A DNA stretch of 19,889 nt from Chthonomonadales bacterium (GTDB taxonomy: Bacteria; Armatimonadota; Chthonomonadetes; Chthonomonadales; Chthonomonadaceae). Under the pieces are notes generated by a model. It was not told the origin of the DNA and made no database searches. It was given only the letters and a program-made list of their open reading frames with translations. The position numbers and the translations under genes were made by a program. Location: positions 1 through 19,889 of the forward strand of contig JBBQPO010000092.1 of NCBI GenBank assembly GCA_038217285.1, written 5' to 3'. How positions within the stretch are numbered: the stretch's first letter is position 1; each line of letters starts with the position of its first letter. Of this stretch, positions 8,658 through 16,708 are shown in pieces.

Positions 8658-11282
8658 ATGAATGTTGGAGATTTTAAGACCGTGCTCTCCTCCGCAATTA
8701 ATTCCCACCTACGCGCCTCTTTGCATTTGTGGGTGCCGATCGGTTGTCTGGTAAGTTCCACCCTGCTTCTTGGTTATCTCTCCATGGTATCGACATCGAC
8801 CAGCTTTGCGGCTCAGACGCCGCCTTCCGACTATGACAAGACGGTGAAGCCGTTCTTTGCGAAGTACTGTGACCAATGCCACGGTGAGAAGCTCCAGCGC
8901 GGCGGGATTCGGCTGGACACACTGGGACACGATTTTTCCACGCCGGTCACCGCCACGCACTTTGCCGACATTATGGAACGCATGAACGCGGTGGAGATGC
9001 CCCCGAAAGGCGCGTTGCAGCCCAAGCCGAAAGAGGTCGCGAATATCGCCGACTGGATCACGGCCCAACTCAAGGAAGCGGACGCCGTTCAGAAAGCCGG
9101 ATTGGGGGAGAAAGTCTCGTTTCATCGGCTGACGCGCGAGGAGTACCGCAACACGATATATGATCTGCTGGGCGTAATGGTCGATGTCTCCGATCCTTCC
9201 GGGCTGCCGGAAGATCCCGACTGGCAGGGGTTTCAGCGGATCGGATCTGTGCTCACGATTTCACCGGCGCATATAGAGAAATATATGGCCGCGGCGGAAT
9301 TCGCGCTGAACGAGGCTCTCCCGCCGGGACCTCCGCCCGCGCGCGACACGGTACGCTGGACCCCCTTCGATATGCGGGGAATTTCCGGCAGAGACCAGTT
9401 CTTCGCCAGAGGACATCTGGAGAGAGTGCGCACGGACATCGTCCCCAACAACGGCGCGAACGGCACCCCCGGTGAAAACAAGCTGCTCACGATCAAAACC
9501 GCCGGAGACTATCTTGTCCGGCTGAAGCTCAGCGGCCTGCGCCCCCAGGGCGGCATCCCGCCGCGCGTGAACATCTATGCGGCCGACCTGGGACGGACGC
9601 TGTTCGAGCAGGATGTGGAGGCACCGGAAACCAGGCCTGTTACCATCGAGTTCCGGACGCACCTTCCGGCTGGCGCGCATCAGATTCGCATTCTCAATGC
9701 CGTTCCCGGCCCGAATCCGGAGGCGAGCTCTTCTCGCCCGGACGGCTACCATCCCTTCACCGATCTGCGCCGCCGCCAGCCCTGGCAGATCAAGCTGACG
9801 GATGACGACTTCAAACCGCTGGTGCCGACCCTTCTGCTGGACTCCGTCGAATGGGAAGGGCCTGTGCTCCCCTCCTGGCCTACGCCTGCCTATCACCGCA
9901 TTTTCTTCCATGGGCAAGGCGCGACACAGGATCTCGTGTATGCCCGGCAGATCCTGGCGCGCTTCGCCGAGCGCGCCTATCGGCGGCCTGTACAGCCTGC
10001 GGAAGTAGATCGTCTCGTCGGGCTCTATGTGCAGTCGCAGAAGCTTGGGGACAGCTTCGAGGCTTCCGTGCAGACCGCGCTGCTGGCGGCGCTCTGCTCG
10101 AAAAGTTTCCTCTATCTCATCGAGGGGCAGCCGAATACGCCCGCCGCCACGCCATCGCAAACAGGAAGGCCCCTGCACACGGTAAGCCTTCCTCCCGCCC
10201 CAAAAGCGACCGGCAAAACGCCCCACCCGTCCACGGCACCCTCCTCCCCGTTGACGGACTGGGAGATCGCCTCGCGCCTTTCGTATTTCCTATGGAGTAC
10301 GATGCCGGATGACCGCCTGCGGGAGCTCGCGCACGCTGGCAAACTGCATCAGCCCACGGTTCTCCGCGCGGAAGTGCAACGGATGATGGCAGACAGCAGA
10401 CGCATCGCCGCCTTTGCCGACTCCTTTCCGAGACAGTGGCTGCAACTGCGCCGCGTAGGCATGTTCCCGCCGGACCGGAAACTTTATCCCGCCTACGACG
10501 ACTATCTGGAGAAGAGCATGGTCGAAGAGACCACCGCCTTCTTCCGCGAGGTTATGGTGCATAACCTCGACATCGGGCAGTTCCTGGATTCCAACTGGAC
10601 CATGCTCAATCGGCGGCTCGCGGCCCACTACGGCATCGCGGGCGTGGAAGGAGAGGCGATGCAGCGGGTAGCCCTGAAACCCGAGGACCATCGCGGCGGT
10701 CTGCTTACCCAGGCCTCCATACTCAGCCTGACCTCCGACGGCACCCGGCATCGCCCTGTGCATCGCGGCAAATGGATCCTGGAGTCCATCGTCGGGAAAG
10801 CGCCACCCCCACCGCCTGCCAACGTGCCCGCTATCAAGACCAGCGCCCCCAACGAGCCCAAAGCCTCGCTGCGGTTCAAACTGGAAGCGCACCGTTCGGA
10901 TCCCAACTGCGCCGCCTGCCACCGGAAGATCGACCCGCTGGGCCTGGCCTTCGACAACTACGACGCCATCGGACACTGGCGTACCGTGGAGGCCGTCACC
11001 GACGGGGCTGGGGCCAATCCGGCTCTGGACCCGAGCGGCGTGCTGCCCGACGGCCGTAGGTTCGCCGATGCCGCCGGCTTGAAGCGACTGATGCTCACCG
11101 ACCGGGACAAATTCGCGACCGCTTTCACGGAGAAGCTCGCCACCTATGCGCTGCGACGCGCCATGACCTTCTCGGATCGAGACCGCTTGCAGCGCATCGC
11201 CGTGCAGAGCAAAGCCGACGGCTATAAACTCGCCACCCTGATTCAAACCCTGGTCACCAGCGACCTGTTTCAACGACGGTAG
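8658..11282 (+). CDS. DUF1592/DUF1588-type (planctomycete cytochrome c-like) exported multidomain protein with two CxxCH motifs
   Basis: CDQCH (8868-8882) and CAACH (10908-10922); RLTREEYRNTIYDLLG (DUF1587), RFAERAYRRP (DUF1595), EIASRLSYFLWSTMPD (DUF1592), RGGLLTQAS...PVHRGKWIL (DUF1588), TEKLATYAL.R (DUF1585). The track start 8613 lies inside the IS; ATG 8658 or GTG 8682 is more likely. Confidence 0.9.
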   Translation: MNVGDFKTVLSSAINSHLRASLHLWVPIGCLVSSTLLLGYLSMVSTSTSFAAQTPPSDYDKTVKPFFAKYCDQCHGEKLQRGGIRLDTLGHDFSTPVTATHFADIMERMNAVEMPPKGALQPKPKEVANIADWITAQLKEADAVQKAGLGEKVSFHRLTREEYRNTIYDLLGVMVDVSDPSGLPEDPDWQGFQRIGSVLTISPAHIEKYMAAAEFALNEALPPGPPPARDTVRWTPFDMRGISGRDQFFARGHLERVRTDIVPNNGANGTPGENKLLTIKTAGDYLVRLKLSGLRPQGGIPPRVNIYAADLGRTLFEQDVEAPETRPVTIEFRTHLPAGAHQIRILNAVPGPNPEASSSRPDGYHPFTDLRRRQPWQIKLTDDDFKPLVPTLLLDSVEWEGPVLPSWPTPAYHRIFFHGQGATQDLVYARQILARFAERAYRRPVQPAEVDRLVGLYVQSQKLGDSFEASVQTALLAALCSKSFLYLIEGQPNTPAATPSQTGRPLHTVSLPPAPKATGKTPHPSTAPSSPLTDWEIASRLSYFLWSTMPDDRLRELAHAGKLHQPTVLRAEVQRMMADSRRIAAFADSFPRQWLQLRRVGMFPPDRKLYPAYDDYLEKSMVEETTAFFREVMVHNLDIGQFLDSNWTMLNRRLAAHYGIAGVEGEAMQRVALKPEDHRGGLLTQASILSLTSDGTRHRPVHRGKWILESIVGKAPPPPPANVPAIKTSAPNEPKASLRFKLEAHRSDPNCAACHRKIDPLGLAFDNYDAIGHWRTVEAVTDGAGANPALDPSGVLPDGRRFADAAGLKRLMLTDRDKFATAFTEKLATYALRRAMTFSDRDRLQRIAVQSKADGYKLATLIQTLVTSDLFQRR

Positions 11283-11302
11283 AGCCTAAAGGACATACAC
11301 CC

Positions 11303-12694
11303 ATGAGCAACATCCTCTCACAGCGCTGGCTGCTTTCGCGGCGTCACTTCCTGCGTGGGTGCGGCACCGTGATGGCCCTGCCTCTCCTGGACGCCATGAC
11401 GCCCCGGTTCGCCGCCGCCAGTACAGCCTCCAAACCGCGTCGCAGCGTCTTTGTCTATATCCCGAACGGCGTGAACGGGATGGCCTGGCAGGTGAAGCAG
11501 GCCGGGCGTGGTTACGAGCTTTCGCCTTCCTTGAAACCTCTGGAAAAGCACCGCGAAGATTTCACGCTCTTCAGCGGCCTGCATCATCCGAACGGGTTGG
11601 GGCAGGCCCATGTCTGTGCCGATACCTGGCTCACCGGCGCGAAGATCGATGCGCAGAGTGCGCGGCAGTATCACAACACCGTCTCCGTCGATCAGCTTAT
11701 GGCGGAGGTCACGTCGAAGCATACGCGCTTCTCCTCGCTGGAACTCTCCATCAGCTCGGGAACAGGCCAGCCGAACAACACGAATACGCTGGCTTTTTCG
11801 CGCGATGGCGTGCCGCTCCCGGCGGAGGACAACCCCCGCAACGTTTTCAACCGTCTCTTCGGCGAGGAGTCGGGCGGCATAGGCGCCCAGCGCCTCCGTC
11901 TGAACAGACGCCGTTCGGTGCTGGACGAGGTGTTCGACGATGCCAAATCCCTGCGTCTCGGGCTTGGCGTCAACGACCGCACCAAACTCGACGAGTACCT
12001 GCACTCGGTTCGCGACATAGAGCAGCGCACCGAACGCCTCGATGCCTGGCTCGATGTGCCGAAGCCGAAGGTGGATGGCGCTCCGTTCCTGCGTGAGGTT
12101 TCCAAGGCGCAGGCCGGCGAGTACTGGCGCACCATGTTCGATCTTATCGTGCTCGCGCTGCGCACCGACATGACGCGCGTGGTCACCTACATGAACGGCA
12201 GCGAGGGCAATGGGCTCGCAATCCCGGAGATCGGTATCACGCAGTCCCGCCATAACCTCTCGCATCACAACGGCGACCCCGAGATCCTCGCGCGGCTCGC
12301 CCACAGTGATGCGTTCATCATGCAGCAGTTCGCGCATTTCCTGGATCGCCTCAAGAGCGAAACCGAAGAGGGGGAGACGCTGCTCGACCGCACGATGGTG
12401 CTCTTCGGCAGCGGCATGAGCTATGGACACAGTCACTCGAACAGCAACCTGCCGATCCTGCTCGCCGGGGGCCGCGGCCTGGGGCTGAAACACGGGAGTC
12501 ATATCGACTACAACAGGGCGCACGTCAAGGGCGACTACACGCTCAACTACGACGAATGGCGCAGCCTCTGCGGCAACCCCAAAGAGGAGAAGGCCCGTCT
12601 GAGCAACGTCATGCTCACCATGCTGCAGAAGATGGAGGTCAACGCGACCCAGTTCGTGGACAGTCTGGGGCCGGTGTCGGAGATCATTGGATGA
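11303..12694 (+). CDS. DUF1552 (HXXSHH) family protein
   Basis: Tat-like SRRHFLRG...MALPLLDAM, YIPNGV, SVDQLMA, RSVLD, KLDEYLHSVRDIE, HNLSHH motif, NLPILLAGG; usual partner of DUF1592 genes. Confidence 0.93.
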   Translation: MSNILSQRWLLSRRHFLRGCGTVMALPLLDAMTPRFAAASTASKPRRSVFVYIPNGVNGMAWQVKQAGRGYELSPSLKPLEKHREDFTLFSGLHHPNGLGQAHVCADTWLTGAKIDAQSARQYHNTVSVDQLMAEVTSKHTRFSSLELSISSGTGQPNNTNTLAFSRDGVPLPAEDNPRNVFNRLFGEESGGIGAQRLRLNRRRSVLDEVFDDAKSLRLGLGVNDRTKLDEYLHSVRDIEQRTERLDAWLDVPKPKVDGAPFLREVSKAQAGEYWRTMFDLIVLALRTDMTRVVTYMNGSEGNGLAIPEIGITQSRHNLSHHNGDPEILARLAHSDAFIMQQFAHFLDRLKSETEEGETLLDRTMVLFGSGMSYGHSHSNSNLPILLAGGRGLGLKHGSHIDYNRAHVKGDYTLNYDEWRSLCGNPKEEKARLSNVMLTMLQKMEVNATQFVDSLGPVSEIIG

Positions 12695-14301
12695 GAGGGC
12701 TGCACTCCCTGATCCTCTTCCTCCTTCTGATTGTCACGCTGGCCGCCAAACCCGCGACTGCGCCCCAGGCGGCGGATGCAAAGGTTGCGCCCCAGACGAC
12801 GAACGCAAAGGTTCCGTTTCGCACCGATGTCGCGAACCAGAGCCTGCCCTGGTATCGGCTTAAACCCGGCGAATTTCCACCCTTTCACTCCGAACATCGC
12901 GTCGGAGGCACACTGGTGGAAACGGATGTTATCCATCGCTCTGGCGTGTTCCGCACGGACGGCACAGGAGAGTTGGTAAGTTTCACGCTGCCGCCGTACG
13001 GCTCCGTCTCCTATCTCGATACCGAGGCCGATCTGCGGGACGTGCCGCTGGGAACCCATTTCCTGTTCTTCCTCTACCAGGACGACAAGGGGGCCTTCTC
13101 CCGCGTCGCCACGATGCAGGACGACGCTACCCTGAGCGATACCCACACACCCGCCACAGAGGAGCAGCGCAAGAAGCATTTCGCCTTTATTAAAGCGCGA
13201 GGAGTGCCTGCCTGGATCGATCATGTGGAGGGGGATCGTCTCACCGTCACCCTGTTCAGCAGCGATCCCGCCTCCCTGCAAGCCCTGTTCAAAGCGGAAG
13301 GCATCGACCCGGCCCTGTGGGCGAAGGAGCATCGCCGGATCTCCGTCGCCGTCGCCACCGAGCACCTGCGCACCTACAATCCGCCTGTGGACGACAAGTG
13401 GGCCACCGTGCAGGAGTTTCAGAGCCTGCCGCCGGAGGGGTACGGGTGCGGCGGTGTGCGCTGGGTCCTCCAGCCCGAACTGATGCTGGAAGGCTTCCGT
13501 AAAGGCCGGATCGTGCGCCTCTTCGCGCACCCCTCCTGGCCTGTGGAATCCATGCCGTTCGGAGAGGGACTGCATGCGGGAGGACACGATGAGGAGCCCG
13601 CCGATTCGAAGGATCTTCAGTCGGCGGACTTTCCCTATCGCACCGATTTCGGGAACGAGAATCTGCCCTGGTATCTGCTTCAGCCCGATAAGGTCCCGCC
13701 GGATCACTCGGAGCATCGGGTCGGCGGTGAACTGGTGAAGGTGGACGCCAGCGGTCGCACCGGCCAGTTCCGCGTGGATCGCACGGGAGAGCGAGTCGAT
13801 TTCACGCTGCCTCCTATCGGTTCCGTCCGGTATCTCAATGCCGAAGCCAACCTGGAGGACCTTCCCCTGGGAACGCGCTGCCTCTTCTTTCTCTACCAGG
13901 ACGATAAAGGCGCGTTTACCCGCGCCGCCGTCGTCATGGATGAGTTCTCCTACCTCGTGTCTAACACCCTGACCTATCGATTGGAAGCCGCCAAACTCGA
14001 CGCAGGCAAGCTCCTCGTGGTGCGGCATGCCGCGCCCGTGCAGACGGACTATATTCTGGAGCCGCGTGTTCCGCTGGACTTCGGCCGCGTCGAACTGGAG
14101 GTCGATGCCAGAACCCGTGTCTGGAAAGGCGACAGACAGGTTAAGCTCAGCGACCTCGTCGTCGGGGACGAACTGCTCGTCAATCTCGCTGCCCGCACGA
14201 TGACAAGTCGCGGCCGCTGCACCGACATCTGGGTCGGGGCAGAATCCCACAAACTCGCGACCGAGCAACAGCGCAAGAGACATGCAGCGCTCGTCCGCTA
14301 A
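12691..14301 (+). CDS. Secreted hypothetical protein (536 aa) with an internal 105-aa duplication
   Basis: ATGA overlap with the DUF1552 stop gives start 12691 and signal peptide MRGLHSLILFLLLIVTLAA; repeats PFRTDV..LPWY..SEHRVGG..FTLPP..FFLYQDDKGAF at 12811-13125 and 13630-13944. Confidence 0.85.
   Translation: MRGLHSLILFLLLIVTLAAKPATAPQAADAKVAPQTTNAKVPFRTDVANQSLPWYRLKPGEFPPFHSEHRVGGTLVETDVIHRSGVFRTDGTGELVSFTLPPYGSVSYLDTEADLRDVPLGTHFLFFLYQDDKGAFSRVATMQDDATLSDTHTPATEEQRKKHFAFIKARGVPAWIDHVEGDRLTVTLFSSDPASLQALFKAEGIDPALWAKEHRRISVAVATEHLRTYNPPVDDKWATVQEFQSLPPEGYGCGGVRWVLQPELMLEGFRKGRIVRLFAHPSWPVESMPFGEGLHAGGHDEEPADSKDLQSADFPYRTDFGNENLPWYLLQPDKVPPDHSEHRVGGELVKVDASGRTGQFRVDRTGERVDFTLPPIGSVRYLNAEANLEDLPLGTRCLFFLYQDDKGAFTRAAVVMDEFSYLVSNTLTYRLEAAKLDAGKLLVVRHAAPVQTDYILEPRVPLDFGRVELEVDARTRVWKGDRQVKLSDLVVGDELLVNLAARTMTSRGRCTDIWVGAESHKLATEQQRKRHAALVR
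12760..12813 (+). repeat. 27-bp in-frame tandem duplication (APQAADAKV / APQTTNAKV)
   Basis: GCGCCCCAGGCGGCGGATGCAAAGGTT followed directly by GCGCCCCAGACGACGAACGCAAAGGTT. Confidence 0.8.
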
Positions 14302-14504
14302 GTAGGCAACCGCAGTTCGTTCGAGTGACTGGCGGCGGTCGATCAGGCCAGTGGTAATGTCCCTATCAGGATTCTTCCACAGGAGGCTGATCCACGTGAG
14401 ACGATGAGTCCCAAGCCTCATAAATACATACCAGGAGACCCCTCGCCTTTCCGCGCCAGCGCTGTGCGATGCGTACGAGTTCCGCTCTGTATGACTCGGA
14501 ACCC

Positions 14505-14522
14505 AAATCGCTACCGCGATTT
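14505..14522. terminator. Possible terminator hairpin between convergent operons
   Basis: Perfect 7-bp stem AAATCGC-tacc-GCGATTT directly after the TGA of the bluB remnant; the U-tract is poor. Confidence 0.3.
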
Positions 14523-14738
14523 CAGCGGACAGGATAGCCGATACAGAGATTGAGGGGCGCTTCCAGGATCCCTTCCAGCTTGAGAGACAGATAGTGCGAC
14601 TTCTGAGGCTCGTAAAAAAACTGAGCGGCGGCGGTATATCGCCTGCTAGACGCCTTCCCGCCAGGCCTCCGGAAAGATCGATCCGCCCACCGGCTTGTCA
14701 TCGGCCGGGCTGTCACAGGGAACTTCCGTCTCTTCCAC
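14522..14738 (-). pseudogene. bluB: Remnant of 5,6-dimethylbenzimidazole synthase (nonsense codon plus two internal deletions)
   Basis: From GTG 14738: ...IFPEAWREGV*QAIYRRR (BluB N-terminal F...R..VY.AI..RRD), then in a shifted frame AAAQFF...YLSLKLEGILEAPLNLC (BluB signature) joined directly to IGYPV (C-terminal YLCIGYP motif); last gene of a cob operon. Confidence 0.85.
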
Positions 14739-15129
14739 TACTCTGTCTCCCTTCCAATCCTGTCTCCTCGAGACGCTTCTCGGCAGGCTCCATGCGATGA
14801 TAGACCAGCCGCTCCAGAGGTCTGCCCCTGACGAGATGGCTCTGAACGATCTCCGCGACATCCTCGACTGCCACCTGTGCGTACCAGACGCCGTCCGGAT
14901 AGACGATAACGATCGGCCCATTCTTGTGCTGCACCATACAGCCCAGTCGGGTCACCTTGACGTTGTCCAGGCCTGCGGCCTCCAGTTCTGTCCAGAACTG
15001 CGCGCGCACCTCGTCGCCGCCCTTATCCGAGCAGAAACGATTGCGGCAGGAATCGGCGGGCGTGCCGCTCTCCTCCCCGGCGCCGCTGGCGGTGCAGACC
15101 AGGACATGATATCGATAGGATTTCACCAT
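14713..15129 (-). CDS. Thioredoxin-like (2Fe-2S) ferredoxin, CbiW-like by context
   Basis: HVLVCT...C.DKGG...GCMVQHKNGPIVIVYPDGVWY..V..EDV.EIV.SHL..G.P.ERL matches the 2Fe-2S_thioredx fold; AAGGAG upstream. Confidence 0.85.
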   Translation of the reverse strand: MVKSYRYHVLVCTASGAGEESGTPADSCRNRFCSDKGGDEVRAQFWTELEAAGLDNVKVTRLGCMVQHKNGPIVIVYPDGVWYAQVAVEDVAEIVQSHLVRGRPLERLVYHRMEPAEKRLEETGLEGRQSSGRDGSSL

Positions 15130-15148
15130 CGCGGTCTATGCGCTCCTT

Positions 15149-16708
15149 TCACAGGCTAGCCCCATGCGCCCCATGCCCATCCAGCCCGACGATCTGTAGA
15201 ATCTGATCCATGGCGAGGTTCTGCTCCAGCCAGTCGGCGAGACGGTCGAAGACGTCGGGCGCGGCGACCATCGGGGCTATCACGCTTGGCAGTCCGAGAA
15301 ATCCGCGCAGGGCTATTCGGCAGGCGGGCGTATCGAAGAGGCCATGCAGATAGGTGCCCGCGATCCGCCCTGCGGGGTCCAGCGCTCCGTCCTCCGTGGC
15401 GTCCGGCAGGCCGCCACGCCGGGAGAGACGCACGAAGGGCATCGCGCCCGAGCCTCGGGTCGTCACGCCCTGATGGATCTCGTATCCTGTCAACGCGGCG
15501 TCGGTCAGCCAGCCTCCGCAGCCGACGCCCTGCACACGGCTAAGCTCTTTACGCGGCTGAAAGCGCGTCTTCACGTCGAGCAAGCCCAGCCCGGGGATCC
15601 GATGCTGGCGGGACTCGACGCCTTCCGGATCCAGTATCACCTGCCCCAGCATCTGATACCCTCCGCAGATGCCCAGCACCCGACCGCCCTCGCGGGCGAA
15701 CATCTGTATTCGCACGGCCAACCCCTGGTCCCGCAGCCAGTTCAGGTCGACCGCCGTGCTTTTGGTCCCCGGCAGAATCACGAAATTCGGATCGCCCCAT
15801 TGGCCAGGATCTTCGATGTAGCGCACACGCAGTCCGGGCTCCGCTGCCAGCGCATCGAAATCGGTAAAGTTGGAGATATGCGGCAGACGCACCACCACCA
15901 CATCCGCAAGGGCGCTGCTGCCGGAGCCGTTCGCAGAGGCCGGGACAGGCACCTGCCCGTGCGACCGCTCCGACGGTCGCGTGTCGAGCCCGAGCGAATC
16001 CTCCTCCTCGACAATGAGCCGATGCAGATAGGGCAGAACGCCCAAAACCGGCACCTTGCACTCGCGCTCCAGAAAGGTCAGGCCCGAATCGAGTAGGGTG
16101 ACGTCGCCTCGAAACTTGTTGATGAGGATGCCTTTGACCCGGGCGCGCTCCTCCGGCGTCAGCAGGGCCATAGTTCCGTACAACGAGGCGAACACGCCGC
16201 CACGCTCGATGTCACCCGCCAGCAGGACCGGCGCATCGCCCAGTGCCGCCGCTTTCATGTTGGCGATGTCACGCTCCCGCAGGTTGATCTCGGCAGGACT
16301 CCCGGCCCCCTCCATAACGACGAGGTCGAACCGCTCACGCAGGAAGCGCAGCGAGGCGGCCACAGTCTCCAGGGCGATCGGCTGATAGGCATGGTACTCG
16401 CGCACGCCCATATGCTTGACGGGCTCTCCGAGCAGCACTACCTGCGATCCCGTTTCCGATGAGGGCTTGAGCAAGACCGGGTTCATCTCCGCCAGCGGCT
16501 CGACCCCGGCGGCCCGCGCCTGAAACGCCTGCGACCGTCCGATCTCCCGTCCGTCGAGCGTGACATACGAGTTCAGCGCCATATTCTGGGCTTTGAACGG
16601 GGCGACCCGGTACCCACGCCGTGCGAACAGGCGGCAGAATGCGGCCACGAGAACGCTTTTACCGACATGAGACGCTGTCCCCTGGATCATCAGCGTACGA
16701 CCTAGCAT
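15149..16708 (-). CDS. cobQ: Cobyric acid synthase (CobQ/CbiP)
   Basis: LMIQGTASHVGKS, PFKAQNMALNS, MNPVLLKP, EGAGSPAEINL, DIERGGVFA, INKFRGD, ISNFTDF, ICGGYQMLG (catalytic Cys), GTYLHG. True start is ATG 16708, overlapping the upstream stop (ATGCTAG), not 16897. Confidence 0.97.
   Translation of the reverse strand: MLGRTLMIQGTASHVGKSVLVAAFCRLFARRGYRVAPFKAQNMALNSYVTLDGREIGRSQAFQARAAGVEPLAEMNPVLLKPSSETGSQVVLLGEPVKHMGVREYHAYQPIALETVAASLRFLRERFDLVVMEGAGSPAEINLRERDIANMKAAALGDAPVLLAGDIERGGVFASLYGTMALLTPEERARVKGILINKFRGDVTLLDSGLTFLERECKVPVLGVLPYLHRLIVEEEDSLGLDTRPSERSHGQVPVPASANGSGSSALADVVVVRLPHISNFTDFDALAAEPGLRVRYIEDPGQWGDPNFVILPGTKSTAVDLNWLRDQGLAVRIQMFAREGGRVLGICGGYQMLGQVILDPEGVESRQHRIPGLGLLDVKTRFQPRKELSRVQGVGCGGWLTDAALTGYEIHQGVTTRGSGAMPFVRLSRRGGLPDATEDGALDPAGRIAGTYLHGLFDTPACRIALRGFLGLPSVIAPMVAAPDVFDRLADWLEQNLAMDQILQIVGLDGHGAHGASL

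Noticed and set aside
14302-14553. Small ORF in the convergent gap (ATG 14404, 49 aa; AGGAGG at 14381) and the minus-strand frame continuing after the bluB TGA
   Set aside because: RBS spacing fits only a 3-codon GTG ORF, and neither peptide resembles BluB or any family I recognise.
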